A DNA stretch of 64,000 bases, from positions 167,346 to 231,345 of the forward strand of contig CAVTBU010000010.1 in assembly GCA_963733035.1 (NCBI GenBank), given 5' to 3'. Positions 16,113 to 25,380 of the stretch are shown in pieces. The position numbers and the translations under genes were made by a program. The notes beneath the pieces were generated by a model that was given only the letters and a program-made list of their open reading frames with translations, had not been told where the DNA came from and ran no database searches. This DNA is from Pirellulales bacterium (lineage in GTDB: Bacteria > Planctomycetota > Planctomycetia > Pirellulales > PALSA-1355). Numbering within the stretch: the first letter of the stretch is position 1; every line of letters begins with the position of its first letter.

Positions 16113-19100
16113 TGCCCCCATGCAGGAAACGCTGAGTACCCGCGACGTCGACGAGCAATTGGCGGCGTATCGCGTGCGCACCATCGCGCACGACGTGCCG
16201 CTGTTGCGGTGGCTGATGCCGCTGGCGTCGCTGAAGTTGACCGTCGTGCTGATGATGGCTGCCATCTTCTTGGTCTTTGCCGGCACGATGGCGCAGGTCG
16301 ACATCGACATCGAACAGGTCAAGAAACTATTCTTCCGCACACCGCTGGCGTGGATCGATCTGCAGATCTTCTTTCCACAGTCGTTCACCGGCACCCGGTG
16401 GAATGTGCCGGGTGGTTTCTACTTTCCCGGCGGCTGGTTGATTGGCGGGGCCATGGGCGTCAACCTGCTGGCCGCGCATGCGCTGCGTTTCAAGATACAG
16501 GCCAAGGGCGCTCGGTTGATTGCCGGTTTGGCCGTCATTGCCCTGGGATGCATGCTGACCTGGGTTGTGGTGGTTGGCGGTTCGGGAAAGGACACCATTG
16601 AATCGGCCGAGCAGTTGGAGTGGTCGACGCTGTGGACCGCGATGAAGTGGACGCTGGTTGTCTTGTGGGGGGCCGCCGGCTTCACACTCTGGCAGCTCGA
16701 CCGTTCGCGAAAGCTTGAGCGCTGGCTATTGGTGGGCTTCGAAATCGTACTGGGCGCGCTTGTGCTGTTTTTGTTCACGATGGGCGATCAGGCCTCGCTC
16801 GGCGATTCGTCGATGAGAATCCTTTGGCAATTGATCAAGGGTGGCCTGGCGGGGCTGGTTTTGCTGGCCGGCTGCGTCTTCGTGTTTCGTAAGCGGGCGG
16901 GCATCGTGCTGCTGCACGGCGGCATCGCGCTGGTGATGGCCAACGAGCTGGTTGTGCACAATCTGCATAGCGAGTCGCAGATGCAACTCACCGAAGGGCA
17001 GACGGTGGATTACGCCTACGACATTCGCGAGATCGAATTGGCGGTGGTCGATCCCTCGGATCCCAAAAGCGACCAGGTGGTGGCCGTGCCGCAGTGGATG
17101 ATCGAAGAGCGGCCGACGATTCGCGACGAGGCATTGCCGTTCGACATTGAGGTAGTGAAGTACCTGAAGAACTCGGCGCTGGTCCGTCCAAAGGAGGGAG
17201 ATAAAAACCCGGCCACCCAGGGTGTGGGCCTTGAAATCGAGGCAGAACCGCGCCCTGCCGGCACGGGCACCGACGCCGGCGGCAAGGTCGATATGAGTGC
17301 CGCTTATGTCAAGCTGCTGAAGAAGGGGAGCAAGGATGCGCTGGGCACCTACCTGGTGGGCATTGGCGTGCCGGATCAGAAAGTCGAAGTCGGCGACAAG
17401 GCGTACGAACTCGCGATGCGCTTCCGGCGCGAATACAAGCCGTACTCAGTCACCCTCGACGATGTGCGAGCCGACATGTATCTGGGCACCAACACTCCCA
17501 AAAACTACTCCTCCGACATTCGCCTGGTCGACAAGTCGAAAAACGTCGATCGCGACGTCCACATCTGGATGAACAACCCGCTCCGCTACGAGGGCGAGAC
17601 GTTTTATCAGACGTCGTACGATCCGGGCAGCGGCGGTCGCGAGATTACGGTCTTGTCCGTGGTGAGGAATACCGGCTGGATGATTCCTTATGTGGCCTGC
17701 ATGCTGGTCGGTACGGGCATGCTCGCGCACTTCTCCATTGCGCTGATGCGTTTCATGCGCCGCCGCGATCAGCAGGACATGGCCGCCATCGTGCGCTCGT
17801 CGCGCAAGCGGAACGCCGCCGCGGCCGGTCCGAGTCTGATCGGTCAACTGGTGCCTCTCGCCGTCGTGGGAGTGATTGGGCTGAGCGTGATCTCAATGGC
17901 GTGGCCTCGCCCGCTCCCCACCACGCAGATGAAGCTCGATGAGTTCGGCCGCCTGCCGGTCGTGTACGACGGTCGCGTGAAGCCGCTCGATTCGCTGGCC
18001 CGCGGCACGCTCAAGAACCTTTCCGGCCGCGAGACATTTAAGGACGCCTCGGGCAAGAAGCAGCCGGCGATCAAATGGTTTGTCGACACGATTGCCGACC
18101 CGGCCGAGGCGCGCAAGGATCCGGTGATTCAGATTTACAATCTGGACTTGCTGGAGACGCTGGGGCTCAAGCGACGGGAGGGCTTTCGCTATTCGATCGA
18201 CGAATTTGCCAGCAAACTACCCGAGATAAGCAAGCAGGCCCAGCAGGCCTCGCAGCTCGATCCGTCGGAACTGACGATCTACCAAAAGAAACTCCTGGAG
18301 CTGGTCCGCAAGCTGGAAACCGTGCGGCGATTTGAGTTGTCGTTTGAGCCGCTGCAAATCCGCAAGGAGCACATCAAGGAGGATCTGACCGCAACGGTTC
18401 AACAGCTGCAAGGGCTTGCGCAAATGTCGCTGCCGCTTGTCGTGCCGCCAACCGCGGCCGGGCAGCCGTGGGACTTCTTTGCCTCGGGCGAGTTCGAGAA
18501 CTTCAAAAGCAAGGTTCTGGGCAAGGAGCCGAACCCGGCCACGATGGCGCTCGACCGGATCCTGGCCGCGTATGCCGCCGGCGATACGGAGAAATTCAAC
18601 GGCGAACTGGCACGGTATCAATCGTGGCTCGCGAAGGACGGTCCGGCCGACTACAACGAACAGCGAGTGAGCTTTGAGGAGTTTTACAACGCCTTTTCGC
18701 CGCTGTTTTGGGCCTGCTTTTTGTATCTGGCCGCCTTCGTGCTGGCCGCGCTAGGGTGGTTGGGTTGGACCGCGCCGCTCAATCGCACGTCGTACTGGAT
18801 GATCCTGCTGGCCTACGGGCTGCACACGTTCGGGCTGATCGCACGGATTTATATATCCGGCCGGCCGCCGGTGACGAACCTTTATTCCTCGGCGGTGTTC
18901 ATCGCTTGGGGAGGCGTGGCGTTGGGGCTCGTGCTGGAACGGATTTATCGCCTGGGCATCGGCAATGTCGTCGCGTCGGTTGCCGGGTTTCTGGGGCTGT
19001 CGGTCGCCATTTTTGGCTTGGACGATGGCAGCGACACGCTCGGCGTGATGCAGGCCGTGCTCGATACGCAGTTCTGGCTGGCAACGCACGTGGTGTGCAT

Positions 19101-19614
19101 TACGCTCGGCTATGCCACGACGTTCATCGCCGGCTTGCTGGGTATTGTGTATATCTTGCGCGGCGTACTGACGCCCAGCTTGACGCCGGAGGTCGGCAAG
19201 GACCTCAGCCGCATGATCTACGGCGTGCTCTGCTTTGCTATCTTCTTCAGCTTCGTCGGCACGGTGCTTGGCGGGCTGTGGGCCGACGATTCCTGGGGCC
19301 GCTTCTGGGGTTGGGACCCCAAGGAGAATGGTGCCCTGATGATCGTGCTTTGGAACGCCTTGGTGCTGCATGCCCGCTGGGGCGGCATGGTCAAGGAACG
19401 TGGCCTGGCGGCCCTGGCCGTGGCCGGGAACATCGTGGTCGGCTGGTCGTACTTTGGCGTCAACGAGTTGGGTGTCGGCTTGCACTCCTACGGCTTCACC
19501 GAGGGCGTGCTGCTGATGCTGGGCCTGTTTATCGCCACGCAGCTGGGGATCATCGCGCTGGCAATGGTGCCGAAGAACCGCTGGTGGAGCTCGCGGGTGG
19601 GCCCTGCCGTCTAG
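16102..19614 (+). CDS. ccsA: Cytochrome c biogenesis System II, fused ResB(CcsB)-CcsA protein
   Basis: WWD domain WADDSWGRFWGWDPKE; His ligands in WLATHV and GLHSYG; ResB-like MNNPLRYEGETFYQTSY. Confidence 0.93.
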   Translation: MATDAPMQETLSTRDVDEQLAAYRVRTIAHDVPLLRWLMPLASLKLTVVLMMAAIFLVFAGTMAQVDIDIEQVKKLFFRTPLAWIDLQIFFPQSFTGTRWNVPGGFYFPGGWLIGGAMGVNLLAAHALRFKIQAKGARLIAGLAVIALGCMLTWVVVVGGSGKDTIESAEQLEWSTLWTAMKWTLVVLWGAAGFTLWQLDRSRKLERWLLVGFEIVLGALVLFLFTMGDQASLGDSSMRILWQLIKGGLAGLVLLAGCVFVFRKRAGIVLLHGGIALVMANELVVHNLHSESQMQLTEGQTVDYAYDIREIELAVVDPSDPKSDQVVAVPQWMIEERPTIRDEALPFDIEVVKYLKNSALVRPKEGDKNPATQGVGLEIEAEPRPAGTGTDAGGKVDMSAAYVKLLKKGSKDALGTYLVGIGVPDQKVEVGDKAYELAMRFRREYKPYSVTLDDVRADMYLGTNTPKNYSSDIRLVDKSKNVDRDVHIWMNNPLRYEGETFYQTSYDPGSGGREITVLSVVRNTGWMIPYVACMLVGTGMLAHFSIALMRFMRRRDQQDMAAIVRSSRKRNAAAAGPSLIGQLVPLAVVGVIGLSVISMAWPRPLPTTQMKLDEFGRLPVVYDGRVKPLDSLARGTLKNLSGRETFKDASGKKQPAIKWFVDTIADPAEARKDPVIQIYNLDLLETLGLKRREGFRYSIDEFASKLPEISKQAQQASQLDPSELTIYQKKLLELVRKLETVRRFELSFEPLQIRKEHIKEDLTATVQQLQGLAQMSLPLVVPPTAAGQPWDFFASGEFENFKSKVLGKEPNPATMALDRILAAYAAGDTEKFNGELARYQSWLAKDGPADYNEQRVSFEEFYNAFSPLFWACFLYLAAFVLAALGWLGWTAPLNRTSYWMILLAYGLHTFGLIARIYISGRPPVTNLYSSAVFIAWGGVALGLVLERIYRLGIGNVVASVAGFLGLSVAIFGLDDGSDTLGVMQAVLDTQFWLATHVVCITLGYATTFIAGLLGIVYILRGVLTPSLTPEVGKDLSRMIYGVLCFAIFFSFVGTVLGGLWADDSWGRFWGWDPKENGALMIVLWNALVLHARWGGMVKERGLAALAVAGNIVVGWSYFGVNELGVGLHSYGFTEGVLLMLGLFIATQLGIIALAMVPKNRWWSSRVGPAV

Positions 19615-19700
19615 ACGCGATCTCGCGCGCCTTTTCCTGATACGCATTTCCACGAGTCGCAAGTATTTGCGGCGTTGTCAACGAATCTTTGCGCGCGCTC

Positions 19701-19735
19701 TTGCAATAATTTAGTGTATTGCTACACTAATACAC
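19701..19735 (+). promoter_or_regulatory. sigma70-like promoter with YtrA-type operator palindrome; probable leaderless transcript
   Basis: TTGCAA (19701) - 16 nt - TACACT (19723); perfect inverted repeat GTGTATT-N8-AATACAC at 19714-19735 abutting ATG 19736; no SD. Confidence 0.75.
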
Positions 19736-20138
19736 ATGGCCGCCGACTTCCTATTTCAGGTGTTTCCCAACTCAGGTTTGCCGATCTACCGGCAAATCGT
19801 CGAACAGGTGCTGCGCCACGTCGTTAGCGGGCGCGTGAGAACCGGCGACTTCCTGCCTTCGGTACGGCAAGCGGCGCTGGAGTTGGAGGTCAACCCGATG
19901 ACCGTTTCGAAGGCCTACTCGCTGCTCGAACGAGACGGCGTGGTGGAACTGGTGCGAGGGCAGGGGATGCGCGTTGCCCCGCGCCTGGCGCCCAGCGAGA
20001 ACGGTTCGCTCCGCGAGCGGCAGGAAAAACTGATGCCGCTGCTGCGGCAGGTGGCAGCCGAGGCGTATCAGTTGCACCTTTCTGGCGCAAGTCAAATCGC
20101 TCATCGATCGCGTCCTCAAGGAGCTCGACGGACCATGA
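19736..20138 (+). CDS. GntR-family (YtrA subfamily) regulator; frameshift near 20080 creates an apparent fusion to the ABC ATPase
   Basis: PIYRQI, LPSVR, VNPMTVSKAY, RGQG; alternative frame LAQVKSLIDRVLKELDGP* ends in an ATGA overlap with the ATPase start. Confidence 0.85.
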
Positions 20139-21022
20139 ACGCACATCAAAACGTCCTCGAACTGCGTGCCGTCTCGAAGCTCTACGGCCAGCGGCCCGTG
20201 CTCGACCGTCTGGACTTGGAGATTCCCACTGGCAGCGTTGTCGGCCTGCTTGGCAAGAATGGCGCTGGCAAGACGACGCTGCTGCGTTGTGCCTTGGGGC
20301 TGGCCAAACCGCAGCACGGCACCGTCACCATCCTGGGCGAAGCGGCCTGGACGCTCAGCGCCAGTGCCAAGCAACACATCGGCTACGTGCCGCAAACGCC
20401 GCAGCTGTATCCCTGGATGCCCGTGCGGCAAATCATCCAATACACCGGCTCGTTCTATCGCCGCTGGAATCCGGCGCTGGTACGCCGCCTGGTGGCCGAA
20501 TGGCAGATCCCGCTTTCGCAACGCGCCGGCACACTCTCAGTCGGCGAGGCGCAAAAGTTGGCTCTGGTCTTGGCCCTGGGGCACGAGCCGGACTTTTTAC
20601 TGTTGGACGAGCCGGTCGCCAGTCTGGATCCTTCCGCCCGGCGGGAGTTCTTGAAAGTCGTGCTCGACATCGCCGCGGGCGGCAACCGCAGCGTGTTGTT
20701 TTCGACGCACATCACGTCCGATTTGGAACGGGTAGCCGACCGCGTGGCGATTCTGCAAAACGGCAAGATCAGCTTCTTTGGCGAGCTGGGCGAGCTGAAG
20801 GACCAGATCAAGCGGCTGCGGCTGGTCTCCGCGAACACCTTCCCCGAGCGGTTTGATCTGCCCGGCATCCTGCACCAGCGAATCGAAGGGAACCAGGCGA
20901 TGGTCACCACGCGGCTGGTCACACCGGAATTGCTCGATCAGATCGAAGCCTCGTGGCACGCCACGGTCGAAGTGCAGGACTTGAACCTTGAGGAAATCTT
21001 CCTGGAGCTGCACGATGAATAG
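20135..21022 (+). CDS. ABC transporter ATP-binding protein (YtrB-like)
   Basis: Walker A GKNGAGKTT, LSVGE signature variant, LLLDEP, STH; ends NLEEIF. Confidence 0.93.
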   Translation: MNAHQNVLELRAVSKLYGQRPVLDRLDLEIPTGSVVGLLGKNGAGKTTLLRCALGLAKPQHGTVTILGEAAWTLSASAKQHIGYVPQTPQLYPWMPVRQIIQYTGSFYRRWNPALVRRLVAEWQIPLSQRAGTLSVGEAQKLALVLALGHEPDFLLLDEPVASLDPSARREFLKVVLDIAAGGNRSVLFSTHITSDLERVADRVAILQNGKISFFGELGELKDQIKRLRLVSANTFPERFDLPGILHQRIEGNQAMVTTRLVTPELLDQIEASWHATVEVQDLNLEEIFLELHDE

Positions 21023-22409
21023 GTATTGGCATGTATTGCAGACCTACCTGTGGCGGCCCCGATTCTGGGTGCTGGGTGCTCTGTACCTGTTGCTCGCCTG
21101 GGGGGCCTTGTGGACGATCATAGAAGCCGAAGAAGCTGATCTTTCGGATCGCACCATCCTCCGCAATCAGGCGATTGTCTCCGCCGTGTATGCCTGCCTG
21201 GCCGGATGCTTTCTGGGGCTGCATGTTCGGCGGCAATTCAGCCATTCAAGTGCGCAACTGCTGCCCGGCTATGCAACGCCGCACCTTGTCGTGGCGGCAC
21301 TGGTCGCCCAGTTGCTGTGGTTCATCCTGCCTAGCGTAGCGATCCTGCTCGATTTCTGGCCGCCCGGCGCATTGGCGTTGCATGCCTGCGGGGCACTCCT
21401 TATGTCCATTGTCATCTGCTGGCCCCGCGGACTGCTGTTGGTGGCGGCCGTTCCCGTGTTGTTGATTTGGGGAAGTCGCCGCATCGACCCGCACCAGCTT
21501 CCTCCCATGATTCGCCTGGCTGAAGGCGAAATGCCGCTATTTGCCGCGACTTTGGTCGCAGCGGCCGTTGTGGGTCAAATCGTTGCGGCCGTTGCGCTGC
21601 TGAGACTGCCGAGGAGTGGTGTCGCAACGAACGATGACTTGTCGATCGATTCCGCGGCCGCGGTTCAGGACCTCAACCTGGTAAGTCACTGGCTGCTCTC
21701 GCTGCGCGACGTCGCTTCTGAAAGGCTGATGGATTCCAAGCTGTCTGTATCCATTCAGCGATGGCGGGTGCCGATGGCCGTTTCTCCGGTGCACTTGGCA
21801 CTGCCAGCGGTGGCGGTGCTTGTGGCAGCGCTCGTGGGTGCGCTGTTTGGCGATTGGATCACGTGGGGAAGCCTGGCGATCATGGTCACTTGCGCCGTGC
21901 TGCTATTGGTGCCGCTGAGTCCCTGGGACACACGGCGGCGGGCAATGGGACAGGAACTGTTGCGACCGGTCACACGCCAGCGTTATTACCGCGAAGTTAT
22001 CCTTTCGCTGGCGTTCGATACGACCCTATGGATGGCCGTGGCATCCGCGATCATTGTTGTGTCCGTGGCGATCGACGTTCTGACGACGCAGGAGTCTGAT
22101 TTCGGGCTGCGGACCTGGATTCAGTTGGCCATTTTGCTGAGCATCTTGTGGAGCCTGGCGACTTTTGTTTTCGGGGCCGGTTTGTACACGCTGCGCTGGC
22201 CGATGCGGCTACCGATTGTCGCCGGGATCACAATGGTCTGGTTTTTTGGCGGCCTAGCGATTTACGTTCTCTCCGCTGATTGGTATTTCGGACCCAACCG
22301 GACGGACTTCCATTACTTCCTGTTGATATTTGTTCCGGCGACTTTCGCCACCGGGCTCTTTCTCGCGCGATCAACTTACCGCCGCTGGTTGCGCAGCGAT
22401 GTCCCGTAG
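21015..22409 (+). CDS. Polytopic membrane protein, probable ABC permease
   Basis: About 12 hydrophobic segments; overlaps the ATPase stop. Confidence 0.75.
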   Translation: MNRYWHVLQTYLWRPRFWVLGALYLLLAWGALWTIIEAEEADLSDRTILRNQAIVSAVYACLAGCFLGLHVRRQFSHSSAQLLPGYATPHLVVAALVAQLLWFILPSVAILLDFWPPGALALHACGALLMSIVICWPRGLLLVAAVPVLLIWGSRRIDPHQLPPMIRLAEGEMPLFAATLVAAAVVGQIVAAVALLRLPRSGVATNDDLSIDSAAAVQDLNLVSHWLLSLRDVASERLMDSKLSVSIQRWRVPMAVSPVHLALPAVAVLVAALVGALFGDWITWGSLAIMVTCAVLLLVPLSPWDTRRRAMGQELLRPVTRQRYYREVILSLAFDTTLWMAVASAIIVVSVAIDVLTTQESDFGLRTWIQLAILLSILWSLATFVFGAGLYTLRWPMRLPIVAGITMVWFFGGLAIYVLSADWYFGPNRTDFHYFLLIFVPATFATGLFLARSTYRRWLRSDVP

Positions 22410-22587
22410 CGCCGCCAGGCCGCGTATGCCCGCCGTCCGGGCCAATAAACTCTACGCGATCGGTGCGATCGGCCTGTTCTGGCAATCGCCTTCCCAGGGC
22501 TTGGGGGGCTTGATCGCTTCTGGCAAGTTTCCGGGCTAGAATTGCGTGGTCCCGCATGAACGCTTCCACCACCGGTCTGCCACTGCC

Positions 22588-23103
22588 ATGACCAATTCCG
22601 ATTCGCGCGTCGCCGTCTATACCGGGTCGTTTGATCCGATCACGCTGGGGCATTTGAATGTCATCGAGCGGTCCAGCCGGCTGGTCGATCGGCTGATCGT
22701 CGGCATCGGCATCAATATCGAAAAGCAATCGCTGTTTACACCCGACGAACGACTGAAGTTGGTCGCCAGCACGATCGCGCATCTGAAGAACGTCGAGGTC
22801 CGCACATTCAGTGGCCTGGCCGTCTCGTTTTGCCGCGAATGTGGATCGCGGGTGTTGCTGCGCGGCGTCCGTTCGTTGGGCGACATCGAGAGCGAGTTCA
22901 CCATGATCATGGCCAACCGCAAACTCGATCCGAACATCGAAACCGTGTTGCTGATGGCCGACGAGCAGTATTCGCACATCTCCAGTTCGCTGATCAAGCA
23001 GATTGCCGCGATGGCGGGCGACGAGGAACTGAGCCGCTTCCTGCCCGGCGAAGTTGTGCGGGCGATTCGCAAGAAGATTACCGGCAACGGCAAGAAGGCC
23101 TAG
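22588..23103 (+). CDS. coaD: Phosphopantetheine adenylyltransferase
   Basis: AVYTGSFDPITLGHLNVIER, RGVR..D.E.E, ISSSLIK. Confidence 0.96.
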   Translation: MTNSDSRVAVYTGSFDPITLGHLNVIERSSRLVDRLIVGIGINIEKQSLFTPDERLKLVASTIAHLKNVEVRTFSGLAVSFCRECGSRVLLRGVRSLGDIESEFTMIMANRKLDPNIETVLLMADEQYSHISSSLIKQIAAMAGDEELSRFLPGEVVRAIRKKITGNGKKA

Positions 23104-23255
23104 CAGCCAGTTGAAAAATGCCGTCGTGGCATTTTTCAACCTCGCCAAGTGCGAAGCAAAGCTCCGCACGGCTCGCAAAATAACGACTTAGGTCGCTATT
23201 TTGGCATCGCATCCATGCGATGACGCAGGCGCGTCGAATTCTTCAACAGCCTGCA
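23102..23255. mobile_element. MITE/REP-like non-autonomous element with terminal inverted repeats and four internal hairpins
   Basis: Ends GCAGCCAGTTGAAAAAT / ATTCTTCAACAGCCTGC (14/17 inverted match); internal stems at 23110-23140, 23149-23169, 23176-23203 and 23205-23222. Confidence 0.7.
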
Positions 23256-23295
23256 AGCGCGGGATCCACGGGCGGGCGTGACGCCCATGCGATGC

Positions 23296-24372
23296 TTAAT
23301 TGGCGTCGTCGCCGTCGCCGTTGTTTTTGTTCAGGTGGCGACGCAGGTAGCGGGCCCGTTCGATGTTGCGGTCGGCCGTGTCGAGCTCGATGCCGCGAAG
23401 CTTTTGCAGGTGGGCGGGCTGCGTGTGGATGAACAGCTCGTTGAGCAGCGGGATTTGCAGGTCTTCGATCAGCCCCAGGTTGACGCCCATGCGGACGCTG
23501 GAGAGCAGGTGCATGGTTTCCTCGGAGCTGATCGTCTGAGCGGTGCGGAGAATGCCGTAGGCGCGGCTCACTTTGTCGTGCAGGTTTTCGTGGCTTTCGC
23601 GAACCAAGAAGTCGCGCGCCCGGCGTTCGTAGTCGATGAGCACGGGCACGATGTCGCCGACCTGCTTGACCAGTTCGATTTCCGCTTTGCCGAGGGTGAT
23701 CTGGTTGGAGATCTGGTAGAAGTCGCCCATCGCCTGCGAGCCTTCACCATACAGACCGCGCACGGCCAGGCTGATCTTTTGCAAGCTGCGGAACACTTTG
23801 TCGATTTGCCGGGTGATGACCAGTGCCGGCAAGTGCAGCATTACGCTCACTCGCAGTCCGGTGCCGACGTTCGTGGGGCAGGCGGTGAGGAAGCCGAGCT
23901 TGGGGTGGTAGGCGAAGTTGACCGATTCGGCCAGCAGCGAGTCGAGCCGGTCGATCTGCTGCCAGGCGCCTTCCAGGTCAAGCCCGCTATGCATCACCTG
24001 GATCCGCAGATGGTCTTCCTCGTTGATCATCAGGCTGACTTGCTCGTTGCGGGCAATGGCCACACCGCGGGCGCCTTCGCTTTCGGCGTGTTCGCGGCTG
24101 ATGAGTTGCCGCTCGACCAGAAACTGGCGGTCGACGCCCTTGAGTTCGTTGACGTTGACGTACTCGAGGTCGCCGGATTCCTGCATTTCGAGCACGCGGT
24201 CGCGGAGGATGTTTTCAATCTCGGTGCGGTCTGCTTGCGATGCGCGGCTGATGAAGGGAAACTCGGCCAGGTTGCGGGCCAGGCGGACGCGGCTGGAGAT
24301 GACAATATCGCTCTCGGGACCACTGCCCCGGAGCCACTCGCCGCTCGTGCTTACCAATTCGTTTAAGTCCAC
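23296..24372 (-). CDS. mcsB: Protein arginine kinase
   Basis: ISSRVRLARNL, NEEDHLRIQ, GFLTACPTNVGTGLR, RGLYGEGS, QISNQ.TLG, QPAHLQ. Confidence 0.95.
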   Translation of the reverse strand: MDLNELVSTSGEWLRGSGPESDIVISSRVRLARNLAEFPFISRASQADRTEIENILRDRVLEMQESGDLEYVNVNELKGVDRQFLVERQLISREHAESEGARGVAIARNEQVSLMINEEDHLRIQVMHSGLDLEGAWQQIDRLDSLLAESVNFAYHPKLGFLTACPTNVGTGLRVSVMLHLPALVITRQIDKVFRSLQKISLAVRGLYGEGSQAMGDFYQISNQITLGKAEIELVKQVGDIVPVLIDYERRARDFLVRESHENLHDKVSRAYGILRTAQTISSEETMHLLSSVRMGVNLGLIEDLQIPLLNELFIHTQPAHLQKLRGIELDTADRNIERARYLRRHLNKNNGDGDDAN

Positions 24373-24461
24373 CGCTGTCGTTCCACGCCGCGCCAGTTGT
24401 TCGTCGTCTGTCTTGGGAGGCGGCTGCCAATCGCGAAACTGGCGGCAGCCCGAGGTCGCCG

Positions 24462-24974
24462 CTATTGGGTCTTGGGCGGCTCTTCAATTCTACGAATATC
24501 GTCGCGCAACTTCGACGCCAACTCGTAATCTTCCTCGTCGATGGCTTCCTTCATTTCGCGCCGCAGGCGAATCAGTTGCGTGCGACTCTCGGTTCCCTCG
24601 GGATGCCGAGCCGACTTTTTACCGACATGCTCGGTTTCGCCATGGATGTTGAGGATCAGCGGTTCGAGCTCCGCCTGGAAGCAAACATAGTCGTAGGGAC
24701 AACCCAGGCGACCTTGATTCCGAAACTCGTAGAACGTAATGCCGCAAACCGGGCAGGCTCGTTGATCGAGCTTTGCCAACTCCTCGGCGGTTTGCCCGAC
24801 GGCCAATTGGTGTGCCAATACCCCGGCCAGGCTGGGAGCCACGCTGGGCTCTTCTTCCGACTGGGTTAGGTAGTGCCGCGCGTGCTCCTCGCAGAGGTGC
24901 AATTCCTGCGGCTTTCCCTTAGTCAGTTCCGTAATGTGGAACGTGGCCGTCTTGTTGCATTGTTGGCACTTCAT
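24462..24974 (-). CDS. mcsA: McsA activator (Zn-binding + UvrB/C motif)
   Basis: MKCQQC..LCEEHA..CPVCG..GRLGCPYDY..H.GK, EDYELASKLRDDIR; upstream of mcsB. Confidence 0.93.
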   Translation of the reverse strand: MKCQQCNKTATFHITELTKGKPQELHLCEEHARHYLTQSEEEPSVAPSLAGVLAHQLAVGQTAEELAKLDQRACPVCGITFYEFRNQGRLGCPYDYVCFQAELEPLILNIHGETEHVGKKSARHPEGTESRTQLIRLRREMKEAIDEEDYELASKLRDDIRRIEEPPKTQ

Positions 24975-25380
24975 CGAAGTCCCCAAGATCCGTCTGTGGC
25001 GGCCACGCGCATTTCGTACGCTTCCGGAAAAACGCACCGAAAGCCGCCGTACAGATCAATTATATCAAGGGGCGGCGCAAGGCCAGTGGGATTCTAACAG
25101 TACCCCTAGGGGTGTCAAGGTGAGTAAGCTAGCGCTCGATACGCCGCGTTCGGGCCGCAAAAAATCGCCCCTTTTATCGCGCTCAACCGACCGCATTGTG
25201 GGGGCGCGCGATGCTTGCTAAAACTGCTCATAGACGGTTCGAATTCCGCGCGCTCGGCTCTCGCGCTCGCGAACCTGCTGGCCCCAGGTGCGTCTCCCGT
25301 AGGTGGCCGGGGAGAGGACGGCTGCCCCCGGTTGAGCGGCGTTCCACTGGCCCCACAGAGGCCTTGACCTATAGTTTCGT

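Noticed and set aside
19736..21022. Apparent GntR-ABC ATPase fusion protein (428 aa)
   Set aside because: An alternative frame completes the YtrA C-terminal helix and stops in an ATGA overlap with the ATPase ATG at 20135; a single indel explains the fusion.
25200..25380. trp attenuator or tRNA-like GGTTCGAATTCC upstream of trpE
   Set aside because: No leader peptide with tandem Trp codons, no terminator and no cloverleaf.
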